From Octopus sinensis (Eukaryota), in assembly GCF_006345805.1 (NCBI RefSeq), contig NC_042998.1, forward strand, positions 99,448,001 through 99,512,000: a stretch of DNA of 64,000 bases, given 5' to 3'. Made by a program: the position numbers and the translations under genes. The notes under the pieces are model-generated. The model did not search any database. It saw only the letters and a program-made list of their open reading frames with translations, and was not told the DNA's origin. Each line of letters begins with the position of its first letter. The stretch's first letter is position 1. This document shows positions 49,598 through 62,793 of the stretch, one piece after another.

Positions 49598-49930
49598 GTT
49601 TGTGATATATCTATCATGTAATTAGTACTGCTATACTGCAAAATATAAATTCACTACAATAACCATTTTTATTGTAGCACAAAAAAATATCTTATTTTAT
49701 ATTTGCAGTGAATATATTGTGATATCATTACTAATTCAACTATTATTATAAAACGGCTGGTGAAATAGTAGTGTCAAACTGAATACATTAAAGTATTTAG
49801 CTTTTTCTCCCTATTTTCAATTTAAATCCATTGATATTGACATTACATCTTATTACTTAGTATTTATAAAATAAATACTGGTAATAAATTTGGCTTTATT
49901 CAAATTAAAAGAAAATCTTTATAAAATTTT

Positions 49931-50360
49931 ACAAGGGTGGGCTGGAAAGTTGATAGGCTGACCATGAAGGAGTGATGCTAGAGCTGTGGAATCTTCCATG
50001 CATTAATTTCAACTCTTATTAATAATAAGTGCATTATTTCTGTGCATGATTATGTTTTAAACTGGTTGATCATCCTCCATATTCTCCTAATTTGGCCTCA
50101 TCTGACTATCATCTGTTTCCCAACACGAAAAAACGCTTGGCTGGGAACTTGTATCTCAGTGATGACGATATATCTGCTGTTGATGACTTTTTTGACCAAC
50201 AAGATGAAAAGCTTCTTCACTAATGAGATCCAAGGACTAACATATTGATGGGAGAAGTGTTTGGACTGCAATGGGGACTATCTTGAAAAATAAATTTCAT
50301 TTGATCACATTCTGTGAGAGCATCTTGGCCAGCCTATGAACTTTTCAACTTACCTTCACA
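49931..50360 (+). mobile_element. Internally deleted mariner element
   Basis: Residual HPPYSPNLASSDYHLF (50071-50118, mariner YSPDLAP motif) and WEKCLDCNGDYLEK*; TIRs share aaagtt(g/c)ataggctg(a/g)cca; TA flanks. Confidence 0.88.
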
Positions 50361-50432
50361 TAAATGAAGTTTTTAATAAAATGCTTCTTTCAAGAGTGTT
50401 CTGACAGAAAAGAAATATCTTGCCTTTTTTAG

Positions 50433-50562
50433 GACAAAATTGTTCCTGTTGATCCAATAACAGTGACAGAGAAACGCCTCACTTTACAAAGATTGAGTCA
50501 AGTTATAGAGTATCGGTTAGTGTGCAGTGAGCTTCCTCCACAAATGAGACGTCTAAAAATAG
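50433..50562 (+). CDS. MED14: MED14 exon 6
   Basis: ttttag|DKIVPVDPITVTEKRLTLQRLSQVIEYRLVCSELPPQMRRLKI-G|gtatgt. Confidence 0.95.
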
Positions 50563-51928
50563 GTATGTTCATACATCTGAATTATTATTTAATAGTTGTT
50601 TTTTTACATTGCTTTAAATTATTAATTTGATTTTTATATATTCAATGCTAAATTGTGAGCTTAGGTGGGTGCTGTAAAAACATACTAATATTCTTTTGAG
50701 TTTCATAATATAGACACATTACTATGTGTCTTTATATAACAAGGTCATGTGCCAATGTGGACATCTATGTACTTACTCAAATGCTTGAAATAGCAACTAA
50801 ACCTTTCTCAAATCATAACCATCTTTAAAAATAGTATATATACATTTGGCTAGTTTAATCTCTGATGTGCAAGCAAACAGGGTAATCACAACTGAAGGGC
50901 CTTTGATCATAGTTCTGCTCATTTGGGTTGATCTGGGCCTAAGTGTCATTAAGTTCATGTACTAATTAAATAGTTTCAAATTAGGTCTGTGCTAACTTTC
51001 TATGCTCTATGGAAACGTATTTTCCTCATGTTTATTTCACTTTTTAAATTTATTTTAAATCATACCTCTACAGTTGGTATTTGGTACAAAACTTAAAGCA
51101 AATAAAAGTAGCCTTTTCTCATAAATGAAATTTTTCCATAGATTGTTATATGTAGGGAATCTTAAGAGTAGTAATCAGCGTCATAAAATGATGACAAGCC
51201 ACTCTTTTATCAAAAACGATCACAAATCCATGTTTTTTTTTGTTCTTAATGGCAAACATGGTAACAAGGCATTGAACTAGCAGTGTTGTTAGAGCATTGG
51301 AAACACTGCCTTACAGTTTTTCTTTTGATTCTTTATATTCTGTGTTCAAATCCTGCTGAGGTCAACTTTACCAAGTATGGTGTCAGTAGTATCAACTAAG
51401 CTCCTCTTCTAAGGACTGATGGCTTTGTGCTTAAATTAAAAACCATTATTTTCTTAGACAGAAGCATGACTGTGTGGTTAAGAAGCTTGCTTCCCAACCA
51501 TGTTTTTCTTGGGTTCAGTTCCATTGTGTGACATCTTGGGCTAGTGCCATCTACAAACTCTAAGGCAGACCAAAGCCTTGTGGGTGGATTTGATAGGTAG
51601 AAACATATATATATATATATTTATATATATATTTACACACACACACAAGTGCCACCTGACTGGCTCCTGTGGCGGCGGCATGTAAAAAGCATCATTTGAG
51701 TGTGGTTGATGCCAGTGCTACCTGACTGGCTCCTGTGGCACATAAAAAGCACCCACTATGCTCTCGGAGTGGTTGGTGTTAGGAAGGACATCCAGCTGTA
51801 GAAACTTTGTCAGATGGGATTGGAGCCTAGTGCAGCCTCCTGTCTTGCCAGTCCTCAGTCAAACCGTCCAACCCATGCCAGCATGGAAAGTGGACGTTAA
51901 ACGACAATGATACACATACATATATTAT

Positions 51929-51968
<40 letters not shown>

Positions 51969-52411
51969 TATATACATACACGCACACACACACATATCTG
52001 TTTGTTTGTGTGTAAGTGTTGCATTTGTCACCACCTCCACTTGACTGGTGTTTTGCCAAAAGAAACTGATAGAATAAGTACCAGATTTAATAAAAAAAAA
52101 TTACTGGAGTTGATTTGTCTCATTAAACCCTTCAGCATGGCCTAATCTAATGACAAAAACAAGATAAAAGATTGTCTACTGAAATCTTAGGTCTTTTCAA
52201 AATCTGTTGATGGAAAGTTTTTAAAAAAATGAACCAAAACACAGGATAACTCTTTGATGAAATGCTTAATCTTTTTTCTACGCCTATTCTACTTTTCAAT
52301 TTTCTTGTGAACTATCAGTTATATTTTACTAACCTTGTTGAAGTTTTTAATCAAATGTATTATCTTATATTATAGTTAAAATTGATTTTCCTTATTTTGT
52401 TTATTGTTTAG

Positions 52412-52452
52412 AAAATGGTCGAGTAAAGTTTCTTGTGGAACATGAATTTGAG
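52412..52452 (+). CDS. MED14: MED14 exon 7 (41 nt)
   Basis: gtttag|AA-NGRVKFLVEHEFE|gtaagt. Confidence 0.95.
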
Positions 52453-52704
52453 GTAAGTTTAATTAGTATCTGTCTTTAGATAGAAGTGTTTATTTCTAAA
52501 GAGGCAGTATTAAGATAGATTAACTTCTATATACATTCAACATATTTTAATGTAATCATATTGATGTTTTAATTCAGTTTCTTTGTATTAAAAATGAAAG
52601 GTTATCTAATTTTAGTATTTTGATTATGTTGTGACTTTATCTTGATGTATTCTTTCTGGAGTATTTGTTACCTGTAAGAATATTTTTGATGTATTGTGAT
52701 TCAG

Positions 52705-52792
52705 GTGACACTAACTCTGATGGGAGACAGTCCTACTATACCATGGCGATTACTAGACATTGCTATTTTGGTAGAAGATCATCAAACTGGTG
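52705..52792 (+). CDS. MED14: MED14 exon 8
   Basis: ttcag|[30 protein letters not shown]|gttggt. Confidence 0.95.
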
Positions 52793-54527
52793 GTTGGTAT
52801 TGTTTAAATATTTCTCTTAATCAAGTTATATATATTGATATCTGATATAGATTGATTTTTATTCTTTTTTAATATTGATTTATGTTTTGACAAAAAGCCA
52901 AAATTTTTTGGGTAGAACTATAGACTGTTGAATCAAAGCCAGTATATCTCTTTGAAATGTTTCCATTACTTCTCAAAAAATCCCAAGCAATAGGGGATTT
53001 TAAGAATTTGTGTGAAATTCACAAGAAATTTGAAAGATTGAAGTTTTTTTGACACCAGAAGAATGGTAGACAATTGATATGGCAGTTAACCTAGTTAAAA
53101 CAAATAAATGTTGAATAACCAAGATTCCACAAATGTTCTTGAAGCTTCTCTATAAAAATGTTAAAAGCATAATTTTAGAAATGTTCTTCAGAATATAGGA
53201 AGCCAAATAGAAAGAATATTGCAGGGCAAATTTAGTGATGCACTAAGTTAAAGGATCATTTTTGAGTTGTAGACTATCCCTAGTGATTTGTGTATTAAAA
53301 AAATCATCTATAGGGACATCAGTGAAGTATTCAATGAAAAAGGTATCGATATTTCCCTAGGGTTGCCATAGAGTGACTTAAGCTTAGCACTGTAAGCTAA
53401 CGACGCTGTACTTTCTCAAATTTAGCTCATCATCAGCATCATCATTTAACACCTGTTTTCCATGATAGTATGGGTTGGACAGTTTGACTGAAAAACTGGT
53501 AAGCTTTGGCATGGTTTCTATGGCAGGATGCCCTTCCTAACACCAACCACTCTGAGAGTGTAGTTGGTACTTTTCATGTGCCACTGGCATGAGTGCCAGT
53601 TACATAACACCAGCATCAGCCATGACTATGATCTCATTTGGCTTGACAGGTCCTCTCAAGCACAGTATATTGCCATAGGTCTTGGTCCCTTGTCACTGCC
53701 TCCATGAGACCCAATGTTCGAAGGTTGCTTTTTACATGCTACCGGCACAGGTGCCAATTACGCAACACTGGCATCAGCTATGACTACAATTTTACATGGC
53801 TTGCTTAGGCATGACCAATACAAATAAAATGATTTGACTGCAGAAACAGCAACTGTTGGTATTAGAATACAAACACTTGCACAAATTGCTGGAATAAGCA
53901 GCTAAATTTTCCTCATATCACACTTTACTGTCTTAAAAAAAGGACAAATTAGATTATGTCCTGGTATGCTATACCTAGGAAAAGGACTGGGTGGTCATGT
54001 CTAGGCTGGCAGCTTATCAATTTGAACTACTGAATCTCTCAATTCTTTAAATACTTGCTATCAAATATGAAAATAAGCATAAATATCTATGACTAGTCCC
54101 ATGTCATATGTCATACAGTGTGGGAGACACTGTATAGTTGCTTGAACTGTTAGAACTATCAGCTAAATCTTCTTTAGCTCATACTGTCTTTACAAAAAGA
54201 TACTTTGAACACTGGACTTCACCTACACTCTGCCTTGGGTAAAATAAAGAGGTTGGTCATGTCTGGGAGGCTTTTGATATTTGATCTGACTAGTTAAAGC
54301 CAATATAGGGCTCATCAACAACAATTAATTGAAACAGTTTAATTAAAATAAGAATGTAATCCCTTAAAGATATTTATTTGAAAATTGATTGAAACATGTA
54401 GAATTAATTAATCTTAAGAGTTGTTATAGTCTTTCAATTTAATATTTTCATACGAAATTAGACCTATCACCTGTTCATTTTATATTTCTCTTGTTCATTC
54501 TTTTTTTTTTTTAAATATTTTTTGTAG

Positions 54528-54556
54528 ATGGAAAAAGCTTGGTCCACTCTCTGCAG
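54528..54556 (+). CDS. MED14: MED14 exon 9 (29 nt)
   Basis: tttgtag|AT-GKSLVHSLQ|gtaaac. Confidence 0.93.
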
Positions 54557-55488
54557 GTAAACATTTAATAGTTCTAAGTTTAAAGCATCGATTTACTTGT
54601 TGAATTTTAGTATTTACACATTATTCAAGTATTTTTGTTTGTAAATTTTATTTCAAGAGCTATATACATCATTATAGGTGGCACTTTCAACTTGGGATTT
54701 TCAGTAATAGAGAAATTTACAGATATTTTTTAATATAACACTTTCTTTTTCAATGTGTGAGCTAACATTCTCCTTGAATTTTAGTTTCTGTAAAATATGC
54801 TATTTACATTAAAAAAGTAGCTTAGTGTGTCAAATACTCAGCAAAAGAAACACTTAATTGGCTTCTAATTTAAAACTAATTGAAGCATGGTTCAAATATA
54901 TTAAAAAATAGTGCACACTTTTTTAATGTTTTATCTGAAGTTCCTTTCTCGTTATTACCATATATGAAGGCAGTGAGCTGGCCGAAGCGTTAGCATGCCA
55001 GACAAAAATGCTTAGTGGCATTTTGTCCATCTTTACATTCTGAGTCCAAATACCACACGGTCAACTTTGCATTTCATACTTTTGGGGTCAATAAAAATAG
55101 GTACCAATCAAGCACTGGGGTTGATGTAATTGGCTAGTCCCCTCCTACAAAATTTCAGGACTTGTGCCTACAGTAGAAAGGGTTATTACCATATATCAAA
55201 ATGTGTCTATTAATAATTTATTATTTTGTTTTATTGTTATGTGTTCATAAGGATCAATAAATGGTACATTTAGTGATTTTATAAGGAATAATCTCAGTCA
55301 AAAAATATTTTAGAGATTTTTCTTCAAATTTATACATATACTTGCATACATATTCAACAATTTGGAATATATCACTTGTAATAGTTTCAAACTGTTATTT
55401 TTTCCGTTCACCTAATTCATTTTAAACATTATGTTATACATGAATATAAAAAAAAATTACATTAAAGAAGTCATTTTTATTTTATTAG

Positions 55489-55567
55489 GTAAACTACATC
55501 CATAGACTAGTGCAGTCTCGTCTTCTGGATAATGAGAAACCTCTACATGATCTCTACAGAATGCTAC
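55489..55567 (+). CDS. MED14: MED14 exon 10
   Basis: tattag|VNYIHRLVQSRLLDNEKPLHDLYRML-C|gtatacttt. Confidence 0.95.
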
Positions 55568-57120
55568 GTATACTTTTTGTGCAAGGATGAATTATTTTTC
55601 ATGATTTTTATAAAAGAATTATCTGATACATTTGTTTAATGTCACAAAACACAATGAAAAAATTAGTGAACTATCTTTATTTGTGTTACAGGTTGTAGAA
55701 CTAATCTGTCTACATGCTCAGAATATAATAAATCTGCTCAGTTTGTTTCATTAATAGTGGTTAGCATTACGTAGAACATTTTTGTTAAATTAATGTGTAT
55801 AAATACTTTTGATAAATATATTGTCTAATGAGTAAGAAGTATCTTAGTACTAAAGCAGTATTTTGAAATAAGAAGGAAACTTACAGATTCTTTTATTCTT
55901 TTGTCATTTGACTGTGGCCATGCTGGAGCACCACCTTTAGTTGAACAAATCAACCCCAGGACTTCTTTGTAAGCCTGATACTTATTCTATTGGTCACTTT
56001 TGCCGAACCGCTAAGTTACAGGGATGCAAGCATACCAACATCGGTTGTCATGCAATGGTGGTGGGACAAGCACAGACACACAAACATATATATATATATA
56101 TGATGGGCTTCTTTCTGTTTCCTTCTACTTTATCCACTCACAAGGTTTTGGTTGGCTCGAGGCTATAGTAGAAGACTCTTGCTCAAGGTGCCATGCAGTG
56201 AGACTCATCCTGGAACCATGTGGTTGGTAAGCAAGCTACTTACCACACAGCCACTCCTTAGTAAAAGAAAAAATGTTATTTGTATTGTGAAGAGCAAGAT
56301 CTGGAACAATTATTCACATATTTATTCTTAACATGTCTAAGCAGGTTAATCTTGATTTGATCAAATCACGATTTCTGCCCCATTGCTTTTGTAGTGCTTC
56401 AAAATTTGAAAATTAAATGCAAAACATTGATTTTCCTATTTTGGTCATATTATTATAAAATCATCATCATTGTCATGCCGCCTGACTGGTTCACATGCCG
56501 GTGGCACATAAAAAGCACCCATTACACTCGGAGTGGTTGGCATTAGGAAGGGCATACAGCTGTAGAAACATTGCCAGATCAGATTGGAGTCTGGTGCAGC
56601 TTCCTGGCTTGCCAGTCCAACCCATGCCAGCATGGAAAATGGACGTTAAATGATGATGTTGATGAATGGTCTACCCTGGCACACATGTATGAGATAGGAC
56701 AAATGTGGAATTATCACTTCAGAAGAAAGTGTAACATAAAATGAGATGGAGGATACATTATTGGTTCTATATTTTATGAAAATACTTTGTCATAATTGGT
56801 AATGTGAATGAAACCAAAGATCTTGTTGACTTAAAACTAATTTCATTAATTATTTAGAATATATTACTAAGTATTTCTGGTGAATAGAAATGAGTAATAC
56901 TTTCAACATACTGTTTTAAAGCAAAACATCCCTCTTCTCTTTATTTTAGAAAGTGAGCCTTTGACAAGCTCATTAATGTTTTAGCATTTATTTGTCCATG
57001 CTAGCATAATTGTCAAAGCTAATTGATGTTTTGTATCTTATATGTACAAATGTGCAAAAGTAATTTCCTTTATTTTTTTCACAATAATTTTAAATATATT
57101 TCCTTAAGTCATCTCTTAAG
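55568..57120 (+). other. MED14: Candidate U12-type (minor) GT-AG intron of MED14
   Basis: Donor GTATACTTT (U12 consensus GTATCCTTT); branch-site TTCCTTAAG at 57100-57108, 13-14 nt from the AG; no long pyrimidine tract. Confidence 0.7.
55890..56258 (-). mobile_element. tRNA-derived SINE, third family
   Basis: Head aggagtggctgtgtggtaagtagcttgc...ggcaccttgagcaag; copies at 36990-37330, 41325-41660, 11215-11375, 33590-33740 and 51455-51600. Confidence 0.8.
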
Positions 57121-57164
57121 ATTCCTTCTGTTTGTCTTTACAACTGGAAGTATTGCACTCACAG
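57121..57164 (+). CDS. MED14: MED14 exon 11 (44 nt)
   Basis: cttaag|AT-SFCLSLQLEVLHSQ|gtatgt; highly conserved HSFCLSLQLEVLHSQ. Confidence 0.95.
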
Positions 57165-58314
57165 GTATGTATATACAGTTATTTAAATTTGATATATATT
57201 TCATTGAAATAAGGAAAACACCCTTGAGTCCTTTCACCTCTAAACCTAATCTCTATCAAACTGTAACTATTTCTGCACCTATTAAATCCTCCATCCACTG
57301 CCTCATTGCAATTACCTAGTATGCATTCACATACCACACCCTATTGCACTTCAATTCTGCCAGTTTTATGTTAATTACTCTTGGAAGCATATTTGTTTCA
57401 TTCCTGAGCAATCTCTGACAGCTGGGCAGTTGACTGAACTTATCCTTTTAGGTATTTCCCTCAACATCTCACAGCAAAAACTCAATTTTTTAAGTCCTTG
57501 AAGTAGTTGAGGTGAAAAAACAAGGCCAACAGCACTTGGAGAAACTCGCTCATTCTCAAAAACTGGAGAGCATTTATCTAATAATGTAACATCTACAAGA
57601 TTGCTATCCAAACCAAAAAAGATGACTTCATCTATTGTGAAGAACTACTTTTTAAACAGCAGCTGATATTTTTGGTCCCTTACCAAATAAATATCAGGGT
57701 TATGGTTCTGTGAAGAAAGCCTCCACTTTCACTGTTCACTTTGTATCCAACTTCCTACTGCTCAAACTTGACAAATCACCTCTGAATCTGTCTGTCTTCT
57801 ACCATTCTAGATTCACTACAACACCTACATATACATGGATGAGACTGTCCGTTATTCTTCCTGAATGATTCTCAACCATATGCAACCTAGACACTATATG
57901 CCAAACCTGCTTTGATTCAATGAACAGGGATCTCAAAAGCATCTTTCATTGAAGGTCTTATCTCTTTCAAAAGCAAGAAAACAAATGCTGCTCATATCAA
58001 GAAAATGTCATTGCACTTCCCATCAACATCTTGAGTAGCATGCACCTATAGCCCTTACATTTACTTCAAAAGATATGTATGTGTTACATTCAAATCCATG
58101 TCTGTTAATTCGTTCCAGACCTTATGTTAAATACAATTAGGCTAGATATGGTAAAAATGTTTTCTCTTTCTGTAAATGATAAAGATATAACTACTGAGAG
58201 GTATCAACTATTTTGATTAAATGACTTTACTCATATACCTTCTAAAATATTAATGAAATTGTTTATTCATCAGTTAATGTAACATAAATGTGTTTATTTT
58301 TTTTCTTTGTCAAG

Positions 58315-58403
58315 ATTCAACGTCTTGTTAGAGAACGGCTTGGTGATAGTGTTCGAGTAGAGGACTATACTCCTGGGAAATGTTTGGTTGTATCTTACTG
58401 GAG
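58315..58403 (+). CDS. MED14: MED14 exon 12
   Basis: gtcaag|IQRLVRERLGDSVRVEDYTPGKCLVVSYW-AG|gtatgg. Confidence 0.94.
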
Positions 58404-59488
58404 GTATGGTTATTTTTCACACTTTTATTTCTGCTTGATAAAAGAAGTTTTATATTTAATTGCAATATATGAGTCTAGCTTAAATGCTTTAAAACTGAGC
58501 TAGATTCTCTATGATGTAGATTATCTCATTATTCTCAATATTTTGTTGGGTGAACTTTGTCTTTGGTGTGCTTTTATTTATGTCCATTTCTTTTATGCTA
58601 GCACAGGTTGGATAAAAATGCTATTAACATATTTGTTTAACAATAAGATGTCTTTCCTGTTACTAATACTTACTTGTTTTTCAAGTAAGGCATCTCTTAT
58701 TCCACATGGCTGTGAAGGTATGAAGTTCACTTCCCAACCATGTGGCTTTTAGGTTTAGACCAATTGTGTGGATCAATCAAAGCCTTCTGAGTGAATTTGG
58801 TGACTGTTATATGTGTGTGTTTGTTTTCCTCTGCAATCACTTATATGAAAGTGGTAGGTGTTAGTGTTTCTTGTTAGCAAATCATTTGGGCATTTCACGC
58901 CTTTGAAGTCAGGTGGGGTAAGTGTTCCCTTAATTGAAAAACAAGCATGGGTTAACTTCAGAAAAGGCATCCAACTGTAAAACAATGCTTCAAATAATGT
59001 ATTCATCCAATCCATGCAAGCATGGAAAAAGAAAGGTTGTGAAATGAAAAAGAATATATGTGTATTATTCTTTAGCAAGAACAATACTGACCATGACTTA
59101 GATGTTTCAGCCTGTTGAGCCATCATCATACATGTGTGTGTGTACATATACTTATATATATATATATATATATATATTATATCCATACATATGTATGTAT
59201 ATAATATACACACATGCATACAAAGAGCTTCTTGTTAACTTGCACCTACCATATCCTCTGACAAGGCTTTGATAGACCCAGATCTATAATAGAAAACACT
59301 TCCAGGTACTGCACAGTTGGGACTGAATCCAAATCCATGTAGTTGAACTTCTCAACTGCACAGTTATACCTAAGTACCAGTTATATATTGGATTATATTA
59401 ATGAGCTATAGATACCTTCACCTTTGATAATAGTCAATGTTAATCAGCAATTATAATTGTACTAAAAATACTTCTCTATCTATTTCAG

Positions 59489-59520
59489 AGATCAAATTAA
59501 AAAAGAAAAAGATAGCAGTG
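59489..59520 (+). CDS. MED14: MED14 exon 13 (32 nt)
   Basis: tttcag|A-DQIKKEKDSS-G|gtgagt; phases bridge exons 12 and 14. Confidence 0.85.
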
Positions 59521-59954
59521 GTGAGTTTCAGAACTAATTTTTTTTTAATTAATTATTATTATTAATATAAATTCAGTTTAAACCTTTAATTCTAACTTTG
59601 CTGTCTTTAGATTAGCAATTTGAATATGAAGAAAACTTGGAAAAACATTCATGCTTCTATTTGAATTTCACAGTAGTATGTAAAATAATAATTGGCATTG
59701 GTAAAATATAATTAAAAGAATTAAAGATTTCTTTCTTAAAATACAATTATCAAACACCCCACAAAAATATTCTATTTTTGTATTTCATTCACACACCTGA
59801 GATTGTGGTTAAGGTCTTGTTAATGTAACTTTTTTTCAGTTATTAAGTGTTTGTCCCAGTATTTTAAGTGAACATTAAAATTTGTTAAACAGTCCAGTAA
59901 TATGCCAATTAGCTAAAATGGTTGACAAATTGTTTTTAAAATTTCTTTAATTAG

Positions 59955-60067
59955 TTTATAAACTAAGTGTTCATGTATCAGAAGAAGATGAAGGCAAACC
60001 GTTACAGATAAGTCACATTCCACTCATGACTGTTGAGGAAGCTCGAAAAGTAGGATTATCCATAAGG
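59955..60067 (+). CDS. MED14: MED14 exon 14
   Basis: attag|TT-YKLSVHVSEEDEGKPLQISHIPLMTVEEARKVGLSIR|gtaaga. Confidence 0.9.
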
Positions 60068-61025
60068 GTAAGAATCAGAGACAAGCTTTTCTATATTAAT
60101 ATTGGCTATTACTTTAATCTCCTCACGTATCTATCTCTGTTTCTCTTCACGCACGTATGTATGTTAGTATGTATGCATGCATGCATATCACAATCTTTTT
60201 TGTATTTTATCAAAGCTCATGGTTTCTAGGGAAAAAAAGGACTTTATTTTGAACCTGGTAGCTGAATCACATACAGGCTGTTATACTTTTTCAAACACTC
60301 TTGAAAAATAAATAAATAGAATATAAGTCAGTCCAGGCAAAGTTGTTTATGGAAGACCAGCAGTTGCACATCCATACAAACCTCCCCTCTCCACACCAGG
60401 ATGTTATCCAAGGGAAAGGTAAAGGCCGATGCAGCTTGGCACCAGTGACATCACAACTCATTACTACAACTGAATGAACTGGAGCAACATGAAACAAAAT
60501 GTCTTGCTCAAGAGCACAACAAACAGCCCGGTCCAGGAACCAAACTCATTATCTCATGATTGTTAACCCAATGTTCTGTCCACTGAGCCAAAAGCCATTC
60601 TAACTATTTAATAATATACCAAGCTGTTAAATTCATTATAAATTTAACAGCTTGCTATTATAAAATGGCATTGTGTTTTCAAAATATCATTACTAGATAA
60701 ATGTTATAAGTCTGTAACTATAGGTCAAGTTGTGGATCTACATAGGCAGGCATTAAGAACCTACAATAGTCATTGTTATTACTCAGCTTTCTCAATTTGT
60801 AAGTGTATCTGCTGTCATGTATGTATGTGTATCCAAATTTGCTATCCAGTACCTGTCATATGCTCTAGATGTAAGTTAACTAAAGCAAGAAGTATAGCTT
60901 TACTTTGTACTGCATAGATGGTTTGTAATTAGTGTTTATTTTTGAGAAGTAGCAGAAATGTTGCTAAAGCATCATAATTGATTACTCATACAGATTGTTT
61001 CTACATTCTAAAATTGTTAGCTTAA

Positions 61026-61246
61026 CCCTTTCGTTACTGTATTTATTTTGAGATGCTCTGTTTTTCTCTCAATCATTTTAAATATAACAAAGAATTTAGT
61101 AAAATAACTTAGTTATCATTAAATTAGTGTTAGGAACATTAATTGTGACTAAGGTTTGGTGAAAGATTTTAATTCAAAACTTATGAAAACAAGACATTTG
61201 TACTACAGAGCTAGGGCCGGTTTCAGCCGGGTTAGTAATGAAAGGG
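61026..61246. mobile_element. piggyBac-like MITE
   Basis: ttaa|ccctttcgttac ... gtaatgaaaggg|tagg; related TTAA-CCC-type ends at about 40875-41021 and 63359-63586. Confidence 0.6.
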
Positions 61247-61329
61247 TAGGTGTATAGTGTAAGCTTCATCTGTCTTTGTAATTGAAGTATACAAGAAATG
61301 TGTTATATATTTTGTACCTTTCATTGTAG

Positions 61330-61398
61330 AGTGAACATCTCTCCATTGAGAAACTCATCATTCAAACAATTGAAGTCCGTACTCATGCTAAACTTAAG
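61330..61398 (+). CDS. MED14: MED14 exon 15
   Basis: ttgtag|SEHLSIEKLIIQTIEVRTHAKLK|gtaagt. Confidence 0.94.
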
Positions 61399-61929
61399 GT
61401 AAGTCCTTTTACTTACACCATCATGATCATCATCATAAGTGTTAGATACCTTCTTTGTGTCTTTGTTCATGTCAACAATTACCTGTCCAAAGAATTTTTT
61501 ACTGTATATTTTGCTCATTCCTATCATTTGAACATAGAATTTTTTTTAATACCTACATTATACAACTGTTTTTTAAAATTTTTTCTCTAAAAGTGTTAGG
61601 AGTCTCAGATTTTCTTTTAAGAGGAGTATCTGTTTAAACATTTTGCAGCAATTAATGTATTAGTAATTTTTTCATAAAGAAAGTCTGAACACCATATTTA
61701 TGAATTTAGATAAAGTACCACTTGTCTTTGTCAATTGGTGTGAATTTATATATCGGCATACTAAATGTGGTTAAAGTTTTGTTTTGTTGACATGTTTGAG
61801 ATATCTTTGCATTTCTAGGCATGAGATATAGGTCATGAACCTAGAAGGGCAGAACAGATATGAAAATGATTTGCTAGTTAAGTGAAGTCCTTCTGCAAGA
61901 GGAAAACAAAATGAATTGCCAATAATGTT

Positions 61930-62075
61930 GGGAATAGAATCAGTGATGGATGTTATGAAGAAAAATGGGGTGAGATGGCTTGGTCATATGCTGAGGAAAG
62001 ATGAAGGTGACTGGGTGAGAGGAGTGCTGAAAATGATTATGGAAGGTAATAGATGAATAGGAAGACCCACAAAGA
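61930..62075 (+). mobile_element. RTE-like 3' fragment
   Basis: VRWLGHMLRKDEGDWVRGVLKMIMEGNR*IGRP. Confidence 0.6.
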
Positions 62076-62572
62076 TGTGGATGAAGACAATTGGGGATGA
62101 AATAAGGGTAGAGTGGTTTTGGTGAAGAGGGCAAAATGGAGATTAACTCCTGTTTTTGCTGGTAAAATAGCCTTAAAATGCTTGTTGTGTTTTTGATTCT
62201 GAATGGAGATACTTAGGCAATCTGGTTTATAAATTAGATCTTCAAAAGATAAATTTGCCCTTTTGCATACAGTAAGCTACTCCAAGGTGGTTCACTATCT
62301 GAATTTATATATTTTGGTCCAAAATATTTTTTTCAAAAATTGCATCATATGTTTCATCTTTTAGAGCATTGTTCTTGAGAACTTTTATGTCAAAGATTAA
62401 TACATTTTGCTTAACATCAAAGAAAGAAGACTATTTCAGTTAAAACCTGCTTAAATAAGAAACTTTCTAACTTTTAAAAGTTGAATTTAAATTTTTCATG
62501 TGTCCCAGATTTTCATAATGTTAGAACTGTAGCAAATTCATGCATATGTACTCTCTCTCACACACGCACACA

Positions 62573-62738
62573 CGAGGGGGTGCTGAAAAGTTCCTGGCTT
62601 TGGGTAAAAGAAAATACAGGAAGATCAGTTAATTATAATTTTATTCAACATCTTCCTCTCTCAGATTCACACACTTATTGCAGTGGTCCTTCAGTTTTTC
62701 TGAGCCTTTAAAACCAGGAACTTTTCAGCACCCCTTTA
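62573..62738. mobile_element. Mariner-derived MITE
   Basis: TIRs gggggtgctgaaaagttcctgg / ccaggaacttttcagcacccc. Confidence 0.85.
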
Positions 62739-62793
62739 TATGAAGTTTCCTATTAATGACTTGTTTTTCACAATATTTTTTTTTATTCTTCAG

